Assembly (NCBI GenBank): GCA_947488625.1
Contig: CANKZR010000004.1
Span: 35,142-99,141 of the forward strand
From: an uncultured Sphingomonadaceae bacterium
Lineage (GTDB): Bacteria > Pseudomonadota > Alphaproteobacteria > Sphingomonadales > Sphingomonadaceae
Reading direction: 5' to 3'
DNA: 64,000 nt
Part shown: in pieces, positions 52,453 to 61,210 of the stretch
How the letters are laid out: each line of letters opens with the position of its first letter
Position numbering within the stretch: position 1 is the stretch's first letter
Position numbers and translations under genes: made by a program
Notes under the pieces: model-generated
What the model was told of the DNA's origin: nothing
Database searches by the model: none
What the model saw: only the letters and a program-made list of their open reading frames with translations

Positions 52453-54816
52453 ATGACAATGCAATCGACAATCCGGACAATTACGGCGCTCTTGGCAGGA
52501 ACCGCCCTGGCAGGCTTTTCTTCGCCGCTTCTCGCCCAATCCGCAGGGCCGCCCCAGAGTGAAGTCGATGAAGTGCAGGACGATCATTCGGATGTCGCCA
52601 GCGGGGACAACGCGATCGTCGTTACAGGAACGCGGATCCGGGGCGCGCGGATCATTGGCGATACAATTTCGCTCGACCGCGAGGCGATCGTCGAAGCGGG
52701 CCAGATCGATCTGGGCGAAGCGATCCGGACACTTCCGCAGAACTTTTCCGGCGGGCAAAATCCAGGTATTGGATCAGGCGCAGGGTTCGCCAACAGCAAC
52801 GTAAATTCGGCCTCAAGCGCAAATCTGCGCGGTCTCGGACCAGATGCGACGCTGACACTCCTCAACGGCCACCGGCTACCCTATGATTCCGCTTTTGCAG
52901 GGGTCGACATTTCATCCATCCCGCTCGCGGCGGTCGACCGGATTGAAATCGTTCCGGACGGAGCCTCGGCCCTCTACGGTTCAGATGCGGTCGCGGGCGT
53001 GGTCAATGTAATCCTTCGCCGCGATTTTGAAGGCATCACGACATCCGCGCAGATCGGCGCAAGCACGGATGGCGGCAATTTCCGCCAGCAGGCCGATATA
53101 GTGGCGGGCACGCGCTGGAGCGGGGGCGGGTTCTTCGTCGCTTACGATTTTGCAAACAATTCGGCGATCGAGGCTGGCCAGCGCTCCTATGCCAGCTCGC
53201 TTGATCCGGAGACCACGCTCTTCCCCTCGCAGCAACGCCATGCCGTTACGCTTTCGGCACATCACGAACTCGCGCCCGGCCTCGAGGCCAGTATCGACGC
53301 GCTTTATTCAAGCCGAAGCTCAACGCTCGTGGCCGCATCATCGGCATTTCGATCGGAAGCCGATCCGGAGGTGGAATCCTATACGCTCGCCCCGTCACTG
53401 AAATTCGACGTCGCAGGAGACTGGCAGGCAACAGTGCTGGGAGTGTTCGGCCGCGACCGGACGCACTACCGGACCGCCTTCGCGCTGCAGGACGGGTCGT
53501 CGAGCGTGACCGAGGGGTGTTTTTGCAATGAGGTTTTCTCACTCGAAGCGGGTCTGGAGGGTCCGCTGTTCACGCTTCCCGGAGGCGAGGCGCGTCTGGC
53601 TGTCGGCGCGGGTCTGCGAAACAACACGCTCGATTTCAGCCGCAGCGAAGCGGGAAATTTACTGATCGCTTTCGACAAGACGCAGCGCGCGCGTTTCGCC
53701 TATGGCGAACTCTTCCTGCCGGTCGTTTCGCCGCGTAATGCAATCGATGGAGTCGCCGAGCTGACCCTTTCGGCGGCGGCGCGTCACGAAGATTATCCAG
53801 GCCTCGATCAACAGACGACGCCGCGCTTTGGTTTGAGCTACGCACCGGTCGAAGGGCTGACGTTGCGCGGCAGCTGGGCGCGCTCGTTCAAGGCTCCGAC
53901 CCTCTTTCAGCGTTTCATACCCTATCAGACCATTCTGCTGCCAGCGGCCGTATTCGGCGCCGGAGCGGGGTCCGACACGGTGTTTTTCACAAGCGGCGGC
54001 AATCCGGACGTGACATCGGAACGCGCGCGCAGCTGGACCGCCGGTGTGGAGCTGCAGCCGGTCGCCATTCCCGAACTGACGATTTCGGCCACTTGGTACG
54101 ACATTCGCTATCAAGACCGGGTGGTGCGACCGATTGCGGGCTCGATTGCGGCTGCTTTCCGCGACCCGGGGTTTGCAAACCTGATCGATTTCTCTCCCGA
54201 TCCGACAACTTTATCCGAGCTCATTACTGGATCGCTATTCGGTCTCGAAAACTTCTCGGGCTCCCCCTACGATCCCGCCAATGTTGCCGCCTTTGTCGAC
54301 AACCGGAACAGAAACGTTGCGGTTTGGGCCATCGAAGGCGTGGATGCGAGGATCGCCTGGAACCAGAACCTGGGCGACGAACAGTCACTTTCCTTCGATC
54401 TCTCGGGCAGCTTCCTCGATAGCCAGCAACAGGTCACGCCCGATCTGTCCGAGGTTCAGCTAGCCGGAACGGTTTTCAATCCACCACGCTACCGTGCGCG
54501 GGGCACGGCGCGCTATCAGTCTGGCGGGTTCGCGGCCAATATCGCCGCCAACTATATCGGCGCGCTGCGCGACCGCCGCTTCGAGGAAGAGCGCCGCCTT
54601 TCGCCCAGCGCCACGGTCGATCTCGGCCTGAGCTATGAAATTGTTCGCGGTGAGAGCCGCGAACCAGGCCTCGAAATCTCGCTCACGATCCAGAACCTGT
54701 TCGACGAAGAACCCGAAACGCTCGGCCAGACCGGGCCGACGGACACACCCTATGATTCAACCAATTATTCGCCGATCGGGCGGTTCGTCACCTTCGGCAT
54801 CCGGAGGCACTGGTGA
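52453..54816 (+). CDS. TonB-dependent receptor (lasso-cluster associated)
   Basis: Signal peptide, IVVTGTR TonB box, NLRGLG..TLTLLNG plug, YGSDAVAGVVN, C-terminal W; no STN domain. Confidence 0.93.
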   Translation: MTMQSTIRTITALLAGTALAGFSSPLLAQSAGPPQSEVDEVQDDHSDVASGDNAIVVTGTRIRGARIIGDTISLDREAIVEAGQIDLGEAIRTLPQNFSGGQNPGIGSGAGFANSNVNSASSANLRGLGPDATLTLLNGHRLPYDSAFAGVDISSIPLAAVDRIEIVPDGASALYGSDAVAGVVNVILRRDFEGITTSAQIGASTDGGNFRQQADIVAGTRWSGGGFFVAYDFANNSAIEAGQRSYASSLDPETTLFPSQQRHAVTLSAHHELAPGLEASIDALYSSRSSTLVAASSAFRSEADPEVESYTLAPSLKFDVAGDWQATVLGVFGRDRTHYRTAFALQDGSSSVTEGCFCNEVFSLEAGLEGPLFTLPGGEARLAVGAGLRNNTLDFSRSEAGNLLIAFDKTQRARFAYGELFLPVVSPRNAIDGVAELTLSAAARHEDYPGLDQQTTPRFGLSYAPVEGLTLRGSWARSFKAPTLFQRFIPYQTILLPAAVFGAGAGSDTVFFTSGGNPDVTSERARSWTAGVELQPVAIPELTISATWYDIRYQDRVVRPIAGSIAAAFRDPGFANLIDFSPDPTTLSELITGSLFGLENFSGSPYDPANVAAFVDNRNRNVAVWAIEGVDARIAWNQNLGDEQSLSFDLSGSFLDSQQQVTPDLSEVQLAGTVFNPPRYRARGTARYQSGGFAANIAANYIGALRDRRFEEERRLSPSATVDLGLSYEIVRGESREPGLEISLTIQNLFDEEPETLGQTGPTDTPYDSTNYSPIGRFVTFGIRRHW

Positions 54817-56963
54817 CAATCATACTGCTTGCCGCCGCTCTTTCGCAGACGATCGTGCCGACGACATATATCGATCCTGGCGACCAGGACCCGTGTGCTT
54901 TGTTCGATGAAACGCCGAGCAGCGCGCAAGCGCAAAGATCGGCATTCACGCTCGACGACCAGGTCCGGATTGCGGACATTGGCAGGGCAGCTCCGACCGG
55001 CGCGCCTTCGGCGTTCGAAATCTCGCCCGATGGCGAACGGATCGCTTTTGTTGTGAAGCGCGCAAACCCGCAAGCCAATGCGTATTGCCTGAGGCTCGTG
55101 GTGACCACGATGGATGGAAGCGAGACTGAAACCGAAATTGACACGGGCGGTGAGTTTATCCGGGATGACTTTCCGCTCCGCGATTTTCCGGCGATCATGG
55201 GTGGCTGGGACAGGCCCAATGCGCCCCGCTGGTCTCCTGATGGCGCACGCATCGGCTATCTCAAGCGCATCGATGGTTCGACGCAGGTATGGATTGCCGA
55301 TCCAGCGGGCGAAGCGCCCCCGCATCGGGCAACGGCCATGCCCGACGATGTCGACCGCTTTGCCTGGACGGCTGACGGCGACGGGCTCATCGTGCAAACA
55401 CGTCCGGGTATTCGCCAGCAGGCGGAAGCAATTGCGCAAGAGGCTGCGCGAGGCTTCCTGTTTGACGATCGCTTCTCCCCGCAATTTGCCGACTGGCCGA
55501 TCCCGACTGGTGAGATTGTCCCGGAATATGCCTTCGTGGCCCTCGGCGATGGCAGCGTCCGCCCGGCGACAGACGGCGAGGTCGAGCTTCTTGTTCCCCA
55601 CCGGCCTGGCACTCTGCCTGCGCAAGCACGCGAAAATGCCGCAGGGCCGGATGGATATGCGGCGTGGCTTGAGCCCAAGCATCCCGACCGGCTGATAAGT
55701 CGCTCGCGCATCGCAGTGATGCAGCCCGGCGGCAGCCGGATCTCGTGCAATGCGGAGGCGTGCGAAGGGGTCCGCCAACTGTGGTGGGCAGCCGAAGGCC
55801 GGACCTTGCTCGCTCTTCAGGGAACGGGCGGGGCGAACAGCCAGATGGCGATCCTGCGCTGGGATATGGAGGAGGACCAGCCCCGCTCGCTGCTGACAAC
55901 CGATGACGTTCTGATCGGGTGCAGCCCATTTGGAAACGAACTGGTCTGCGCGCGCGAAGGGGCTGCGAGGCCGAGGCGCATCGTCGCAATCGATATCCGA
56001 ACGGGCGCCGAGCGGGTGGTCTACGACCCCAATCCGGACCTTGCGAACGCAGTTTTCGGAACCGTGCAGCGGCTCCGGTTTCGCAATGCATATGGTTCGG
56101 AAAGCTTCGCAGATCTTGTCTTGCCGCCCGATCACATACCGGGGCAGCAACACCCATTGGTGGTCGTGCAATACACCAGCGACGGGTTCCTGCGCGGCGG
56201 GACCGGCGACGAAGTGCCGATCCACCCGCTGGCGAACCGCGGCTTTGCTGTGCTCAGTTTTGATCGCCCGACCTTCTCGGCTGCGGCGCTCGCCGCAACG
56301 AGTGAAGAGGAGCTTGTCCGCGCCAACCGCGCCGACTGGATCGACCGCCGCAGAGTGCAGTCGTCCCTGGAGATCGCGCTCGAGCTCGCCATCGAGACAG
56401 GCGCGGTCGATGCAGGGCGGATGGGTATTAGCGGTTTCAGCGACGGCGGATCGACAGTGCAGTGGGCTCTTATCAACTCGGACCTGTTCCAAGTGGCCTC
56501 CATGGGATCGTGCTGCGAAGATATGTATTCCTATCCGACGGCAGCCGGGCCGCGCTTCACGGATTTCGTTCGCGCGATGGGCTACCGCCATTTCGAGCCC
56601 GGGACCGAAGAATTCTGGAAACCCATGTCGCTCATCCTCAATGTCGACACGGTAGATGTGCCGATCCTCATCCAGACCGGCGACAGCGAATATGAAGGCG
56701 GCCTCGATGTAATAGAAACCTATTCGCATCGCGGGCGGGCCATCGAACTTTACGTGCTGGAGAACGAAACGCATATGAAATGGCAGCCCGCGCACCGGCA
56801 GGCGATCTACGAGCGATCGACCGAATGGTTCGAGTTCTGGCTGATGGATCGTATCAACTGCGATCCGGCACGAGCGCAGCAATACCGGCGGTGGAGCGCG
56901 ATGGAAGGCGCCCCCTCCCCCGAAGAGTTGCAATGTTTCGAGGGTCAATCCTCAATGCCATGA
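54813..56963 (+). CDS. Lasso peptide isopeptidase (AtxE2-like, S9 prolyl oligopeptidase fold)
   Basis: PRWSPDG propeller motifs, GFLRGGTGDEVPI, nucleophile GFSDG, His motif ETHMKWQPAHR; GTGA overlap with the receptor gene. Confidence 0.88.
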   Translation: MTIILLAAALSQTIVPTTYIDPGDQDPCALFDETPSSAQAQRSAFTLDDQVRIADIGRAAPTGAPSAFEISPDGERIAFVVKRANPQANAYCLRLVVTTMDGSETETEIDTGGEFIRDDFPLRDFPAIMGGWDRPNAPRWSPDGARIGYLKRIDGSTQVWIADPAGEAPPHRATAMPDDVDRFAWTADGDGLIVQTRPGIRQQAEAIAQEAARGFLFDDRFSPQFADWPIPTGEIVPEYAFVALGDGSVRPATDGEVELLVPHRPGTLPAQARENAAGPDGYAAWLEPKHPDRLISRSRIAVMQPGGSRISCNAEACEGVRQLWWAAEGRTLLALQGTGGANSQMAILRWDMEEDQPRSLLTTDDVLIGCSPFGNELVCAREGAARPRRIVAIDIRTGAERVVYDPNPDLANAVFGTVQRLRFRNAYGSESFADLVLPPDHIPGQQHPLVVVQYTSDGFLRGGTGDEVPIHPLANRGFAVLSFDRPTFSAAALAATSEEELVRANRADWIDRRRVQSSLEIALELAIETGAVDAGRMGISGFSDGGSTVQWALINSDLFQVASMGSCCEDMYSYPTAAGPRFTDFVRAMGYRHFEPGTEEFWKPMSLILNVDTVDVPILIQTGDSEYEGGLDVIETYSHRGRAIELYVLENETHMKWQPAHRQAIYERSTEWFEFWLMDRINCDPARAQQYRRWSAMEGAPSPEELQCFEGQSSMP

Positions 56964-58673
56964 CCGGGCCCAGTTCTCGGCCTCGGCTAGATCGAGAAGC
57001 CGGTAGATGGTCGATCCATCAAGCGACGTGTCGAGTTCAAATGCGGCTTCGACACTTGCGCGGTCGAGCAATCCATTCCGTGCGATCAGGCCATCGAGCA
57101 ACAATTCGCGAAGGGCGCTTCGATGGTGGTGGAACGCGAGGCGGATGAAGCTGTCTGGTCCTGATTTGGAGGTGCGTGCCAACAGGCTCTGCGGAAGGTC
57201 AGCGGCAAAAGCATCGCGCGCGAGCGCACGGTTGCGACCGCCTTCGACCCACAGCCATGTGGGGATACCCAGGCACAATTCGAGCAGAGGCTGGCTCATG
57301 AGTGGTGAGAAGCGTTCAGGCCCGACGCCAAGCCCGTGAACATGGTGCTGGGCGCGCATGATCAGGGCAAGATGATCGTGTTTACCTCCATGCTGGCCGA
57401 CATCGATATCGAGCCAGGGTGTTACGGGGTCCAACGCCTCGTCCAATGCGAGATGATCGGCAAGCAGGCGCCGGTCGCAAGGCCATTCGCCGCCTGGGCG
57501 GCGCACCAAACGCTTTAAGGTCGCCTTGACCATGGCAGGTAAATCGCAGCCGGTAACCCGGCACATGTCGAGCAGGGTTGCGACCGCACCGCGTCCGGGT
57601 CCCTCGACACGCAAGCGGTCGACGACCGGCGCCGCTGAATGAAGAAAGCAGAACAGATTGTCGCCAGCATTGCCATCGAAGACGATCCGCGCTCCGAGGT
57701 CACCTGCGGCATCGGCGAGCAACGCGTCGATGGTAGACAGAAACGAACTGCGGCTCGGGCGCGGAAGACCGACCGAGGCGCTGACCCGGGGATCGAAACG
57801 CATAGGATCGTAAATCCGCTCGGCATATTCTGCACCCAGGTGCTTAGCCAGAAGGCGAGCATAGTCCCGCTCGTCGCCGCTTCTGTCCGCTGTCGCGAGC
57901 GTGACGCAGGAAATCGGTTCTTGCGCCCGCGTAAGCGCGGCGCAGACGAGGGAAGAGTCGACGCCGCCCGACACCGCCACTGCCACGGGTCCAAGCTCGT
58001 CGGCCCATGCGCCCATGACACGGATCGCCACTTTGCGAAGTTGCGATCTCGCTTCACCATAGGAGGGCGATTGTCTGCCCGGCAGGAACTGCTGCGCGCG
58101 CCAGACTGGGAATTCTTCGGGATCGCAAGCCGCCGGATAAGTCAAGGCACCTGGCCGTAGCTCGTGGACACCGGTCAGACAGGTTTGTCTCCTGCGCAAT
58201 TCGGCACGCGTCAAAAAACTGCCCAGAGAACCCCATGATATACTCATTCTCTTTGCGCAGGCCTGCTCGAGAAGTTTCGGATCAGAGGTGAGCAGCACGT
58301 GGGTCGTCGTCACCAGTCGGTAGATCGGGACCAGTCCGGAAGGATCCGGCATCACGGCCAAATCGCAGCGATCACGATCGGGTATGATCGCCAGGTAGGC
58401 ACCCCAGAAGTTTGCGGCGAGGTCGGCGGCGAGCGTTTCAGCGGAGTGCGTGCCCATCTCCGGCAGCTGATAAACACGCTGCGACGTGGCTCCGGCGAAG
58501 AGGGTGCCGATCACACATCCAGCAGAGCCAAGATCGGCAACATTCGTGCCTTTCGCTATCCAGAGCCGCGGGAGATCGCCGCACAGATCCTGCAGGCTCG
58601 GCATCATCTGCAGCCGAGGAGACGCCCCCGATTTCCGGCGCGGTACAGCGAGAGCAAAGCGCTGTGGCGTCAT
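56952..58673 (-). CDS. Lasso peptide cyclase (C protein, asparagine synthetase-like)
   Basis: VSGGVDSS ATP-pyrophosphatase loop, FDGNAGDNLF, SPLMSQPLLELCL.IP, R.LAR.AF...LP; ATG 58673 overlaps the B stop. Confidence 0.9.
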   Translation of the reverse strand: MTPQRFALAVPRRKSGASPRLQMMPSLQDLCGDLPRLWIAKGTNVADLGSAGCVIGTLFAGATSQRVYQLPEMGTHSAETLAADLAANFWGAYLAIIPDRDRCDLAVMPDPSGLVPIYRLVTTTHVLLTSDPKLLEQACAKRMSISWGSLGSFLTRAELRRRQTCLTGVHELRPGALTYPAACDPEEFPVWRAQQFLPGRQSPSYGEARSQLRKVAIRVMGAWADELGPVAVAVSGGVDSSLVCAALTRAQEPISCVTLATADRSGDERDYARLLAKHLGAEYAERIYDPMRFDPRVSASVGLPRPSRSSFLSTIDALLADAAGDLGARIVFDGNAGDNLFCFLHSAAPVVDRLRVEGPGRGAVATLLDMCRVTGCDLPAMVKATLKRLVRRPGGEWPCDRRLLADHLALDEALDPVTPWLDIDVGQHGGKHDHLALIMRAQHHVHGLGVGPERFSPLMSQPLLELCLGIPTWLWVEGGRNRALARDAFAADLPQSLLARTSKSGPDSFIRLAFHHHRSALRELLLDGLIARNGLLDRASVEAAFELDTSLDGSTIYRLLDLAEAENWARSWH

Positions 58674-59275
58674 ACGACCAATATCGGCGTATACCGCAGC
58701 ACTTCCTCGGCAGTATCGTTGAGCACGGCATCGCCTTGCTGGACCCAGCAATGGGCGCCGAACGGATCGCTTCGGACGCCGATAACGATATGGGTGTGGA
58801 TATCGCGCCGGGCTAGCCGCAGCGCTAGCGCAATCGAGCGCGGCAAGCAGCGATCTGCTGCACTGCGCAGGAGCCGGGCGTGTTCAAAGGCGCGAAGCTC
58901 CATAGCCCGCTCGGTGCCACTTGTATCACTGGTCACCAGCGGGCCTTTCAGGCTTTTCAGCTCCAGCAGGACTTCGCGGAAAGAACGCGCTGCAATTCGG
59001 CGCTCGACTCGGCGCTGGGTCCAGATTGCCGCAGAAACGCGGGCAAGCCGAAAGGGCCCTTCATGGATCTCCGGCGAAACAATACGCGGTCTGGTCCATT
59101 CAGGTGGGCGCGGGAAAGCGGTTGGTTGATACCAGTCTTGGCCCTCAACCTGGGCGCGAAAAGCCTCCTCGCGAGGCGCTGGCAGCTGAAAGTAGCGATC
59201 TTGCGCAATGTCGAGAAAAACGAACCTGCCGCTGCATTCGGCCCAGGCGATATCGCTGTTGCTGAACTCGGTCAC
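58670..59275 (-). CDS. Lasso peptide B protein (leader peptidase, transglutaminase-like)
   Basis: FVFLDIAQDRY N-terminus; catalytic RCLPRS, FGAHCWV and LND. Confidence 0.9.
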   Translation of the reverse strand: MTEFSNSDIAWAECSGRFVFLDIAQDRYFQLPAPREEAFRAQVEGQDWYQPTAFPRPPEWTRPRIVSPEIHEGPFRLARVSAAIWTQRRVERRIAARSFREVLLELKSLKGPLVTSDTSGTERAMELRAFEHARLLRSAADRCLPRSIALALRLARRDIHTHIVIGVRSDPFGAHCWVQQGDAVLNDTAEEVLRYTPILVV

Positions 59276-59295
59276 GGCGGTAGGATCGCAGCGAA

Positions 59296-59323
59296 GGGGC
59301 GCGGCCCTGCAAGGGCGCGCCCC
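59296..59323 (-). terminator. GC-rich hairpin between lasso precursor and B gene
   Basis: GGGGCGC-G-GCCCT-GCA-AGGGC-GCGCCCC; no U-tract. Confidence 0.6.
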
Positions 59324-59334
59324 CCCCGCGAGGC

Positions 59335-59472
59335 TCAGTCTTCGGCGAGGCCGGTCGCGTAGGACAACCGGCCGCTGCTCACATCGATATCGAACAGGGC
59401 GTTGCCCTTGGTCTCCACCGAGGCTTGGCCGAGATCGATAACCTCATCCTGGATATGCTCAAAATCCTTCAT
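59335..59472 (-). CDS. Lasso peptide precursor (45 aa): leader MKDFEHIQDEVIDLGQASVETK + core GNALFDIDVSSGRLSYATGLAED
   Basis: Hand-translated (below the ORF-track cutoff); RBS AGGAG; IDLG.AS.ET.G leader motif with Thr at -2, Gly1 and Asp8. Confidence 0.93.
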   Translation of the reverse strand: MKDFEHIQDEVIDLGQASVETKGNALFDIDVSSGRLSYATGLAED

Positions 59473-59545
59473 GATTCACTCCTGTGGTTGGTATCGCGAC
59501 TCAATTGTCGCGAGAAGAGAGTGATCGCGTGAGGAAATTCAGGCC

Positions 59546-59568
59546 AACTTATAATGAAATTATAAATT
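59546..59568. promoter_or_regulatory. AT-rich inverted repeat upstream of the lasso precursor
   Basis: AACTTATAAT-GAA-ATTATAAATT (9/10 arm match) 74 bp upstream of the ATG. Confidence 0.55.
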
Positions 59569-59801
59569 CCGCTTGGGTGGAAGATGCGACCGGGAGATGG
59601 AAACACCCGTTGGCGAGTGTATCGATACTTTTAGCGTTTCGCCTGGACATCTGTATCGGCGCCCGGTCGCCAGGAACTTGCATTCCCGCACCAGTATTAC
59701 GCTGAAACACGACTGGTGCAAAGGGACCGTAAAGTTACGTAGGCCAGCAATTCACGCGAAACGATAGATGTTTAGCGTGACAAAGCCGGGTACTCGATCC
59801 T

Positions 59802-60038
59802 CTACTGGTCTGGTTTGGCGGCGGCTCGCCTGCGCAATCGCGCGAAGTCCCTGTCGCTCGCAATGAACCGCTCCAGCATTGGCGAGACGAGAAGAGCGGG
59901 ATCCGGAGCGTTCTCCGGTGTCCCGCCATTTATCACGCGGGCATATTCGGCCAGCTTGCGATGCAGCCGGACCGGTATCTCGACGGTCAGCTTGACTGTT
60001 TTTTGATCCTCGATGTCGGATAGCTTCAGGCGGGTCAT
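59802..60038 (-). CDS. DUF2274 domain protein (last gene of trb operons)
   Basis: LKL..IED.K.VKLTVE....L...L..YA...PMLERFIASDRDF; ATGA overlap with trbI. Confidence 0.85.
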   Translation of the reverse strand: MTRLKLSDIEDQKTVKLTVEIPVRLHRKLAEYARVINGGTPENAPDPALLVSPMLERFIASDRDFARLRRRAAAKPDQ

Positions 60039-61210
60039 GAGCGGCTGTCCAGGATAATATCGCGCGTTACCAGAACGCGCACCGGGTAACCGGGGCGGAT
60101 CGTCAATGTCGGACGGATGGCAAGCTCGCGAGAGACAACCTGCTCGCCCACCTGGTTGACGCTGTCCTGACCTCCCCGGCGCACGGCACGCAGCAAATCG
60201 CTGTCGCCTCCCGGACCAAGCTCGCCGCCGATACCTAGTAGAGTCGAGACCAGCGCTGCCTTGAACACACCGCCCCAATGATAGTCGACGCCGTCTTCCA
60301 GTCCGGCATAGCCTGCCGGATCGACCGCAGGCTGGCGCTCGAGAACCAGCGAGCGCCCGTCGGGCAGGATCAGGCGATTCCATGCCAGCAGCACGCGGCG
60401 CTCGCCGAAGCCGACATCGGACGCATAATCGCCGATAAGGCGCGCGCCCTGGGGAATAAGCAGAATCCGCCCGGTGAGGCTGTCATAGACATTCTGCGTG
60501 ACTTGCGCGGTCACAAGGCCGGGCTGGTCTGACCGGACGCCGGTGATAAGCGCCGCAGGAATGACCGAGCCTGCCTGAAGCACTGCATCCGTCGGCGCCG
60601 CGGCGAGCTGCTGCAATGCAGCGGTGCGCCGATCGGCCGGGCGGTCGAGGAAAGCGGGCGCAGATCTCACGGCCTCGGTCGCGGTCACAGGCTGCGATGC
60701 GTTCGAACTGGCTGTTGGCGGTGCATCGGTGCTTGAAACCGCCGTAGCGCCCGCAAAGAACAGCGCGCTGGCACGGGCCGCTTCGCGCTCCTGCTCGATG
60801 CGCTGACGCGCTGCCTCTGCGGGACTTATTCCCTGCGTCTGCGGCGGCGCGGGCTGCGATCCGACTGGTGGAAGCGCAGCGACAGCTCCGCGATCCTGGG
60901 CATTGAGGATGGGCTCGCCGAGATCGCCGGGAAGCGACGGGCCGAGACGCGGAACCTGCGAATAGTCGCTCGGGCCCGACGCAAGACCGTCGGCGACCGC
61001 CACTGTTTCGGTTCCAAAAAGCTCATCCGGCCCTGCCTCCGAGACCGGTTGCAGGGCGTAAATCATCGCGCCGCCGACCAGCGTCAGAGCGGCGGCGCTG
61101 GCGATGCCGATGGCTTTGCGCGAGAGGCGAACGACGCGCGGCCCCTCACCGCGCAAGCGAACGATGGATTCAGCATCAGCAGGCCGGTCCGGTTCGGATT
61201 CACTGTTCAT
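60035..61210 (-). CDS. trbI: Conjugal transfer protein TrbI (VirB10)
   Basis: LQAGSVIPAALITG, IPQGARLIG, GYAGLEDGVDYHW and PTLTIRPG motifs. Confidence 0.95.
   Translation of the reverse strand: MNSESEPDRPADAESIVRLRGEGPRVVRLSRKAIGIASAAALTLVGGAMIYALQPVSEAGPDELFGTETVAVADGLASGPSDYSQVPRLGPSLPGDLGEPILNAQDRGAVAALPPVGSQPAPPQTQGISPAEAARQRIEQEREAARASALFFAGATAVSSTDAPPTASSNASQPVTATEAVRSAPAFLDRPADRRTAALQQLAAAPTDAVLQAGSVIPAALITGVRSDQPGLVTAQVTQNVYDSLTGRILLIPQGARLIGDYASDVGFGERRVLLAWNRLILPDGRSLVLERQPAVDPAGYAGLEDGVDYHWGGVFKAALVSTLLGIGGELGPGGDSDLLRAVRRGGQDSVNQVGEQVVSRELAIRPTLTIRPGYPVRVLVTRDIILDSRS

Noticed and set aside
59480-59800. A second lasso precursor upstream of the first
   Set aside because: No further short ORF with a DLG..S..T.G leader motif was found by eye.
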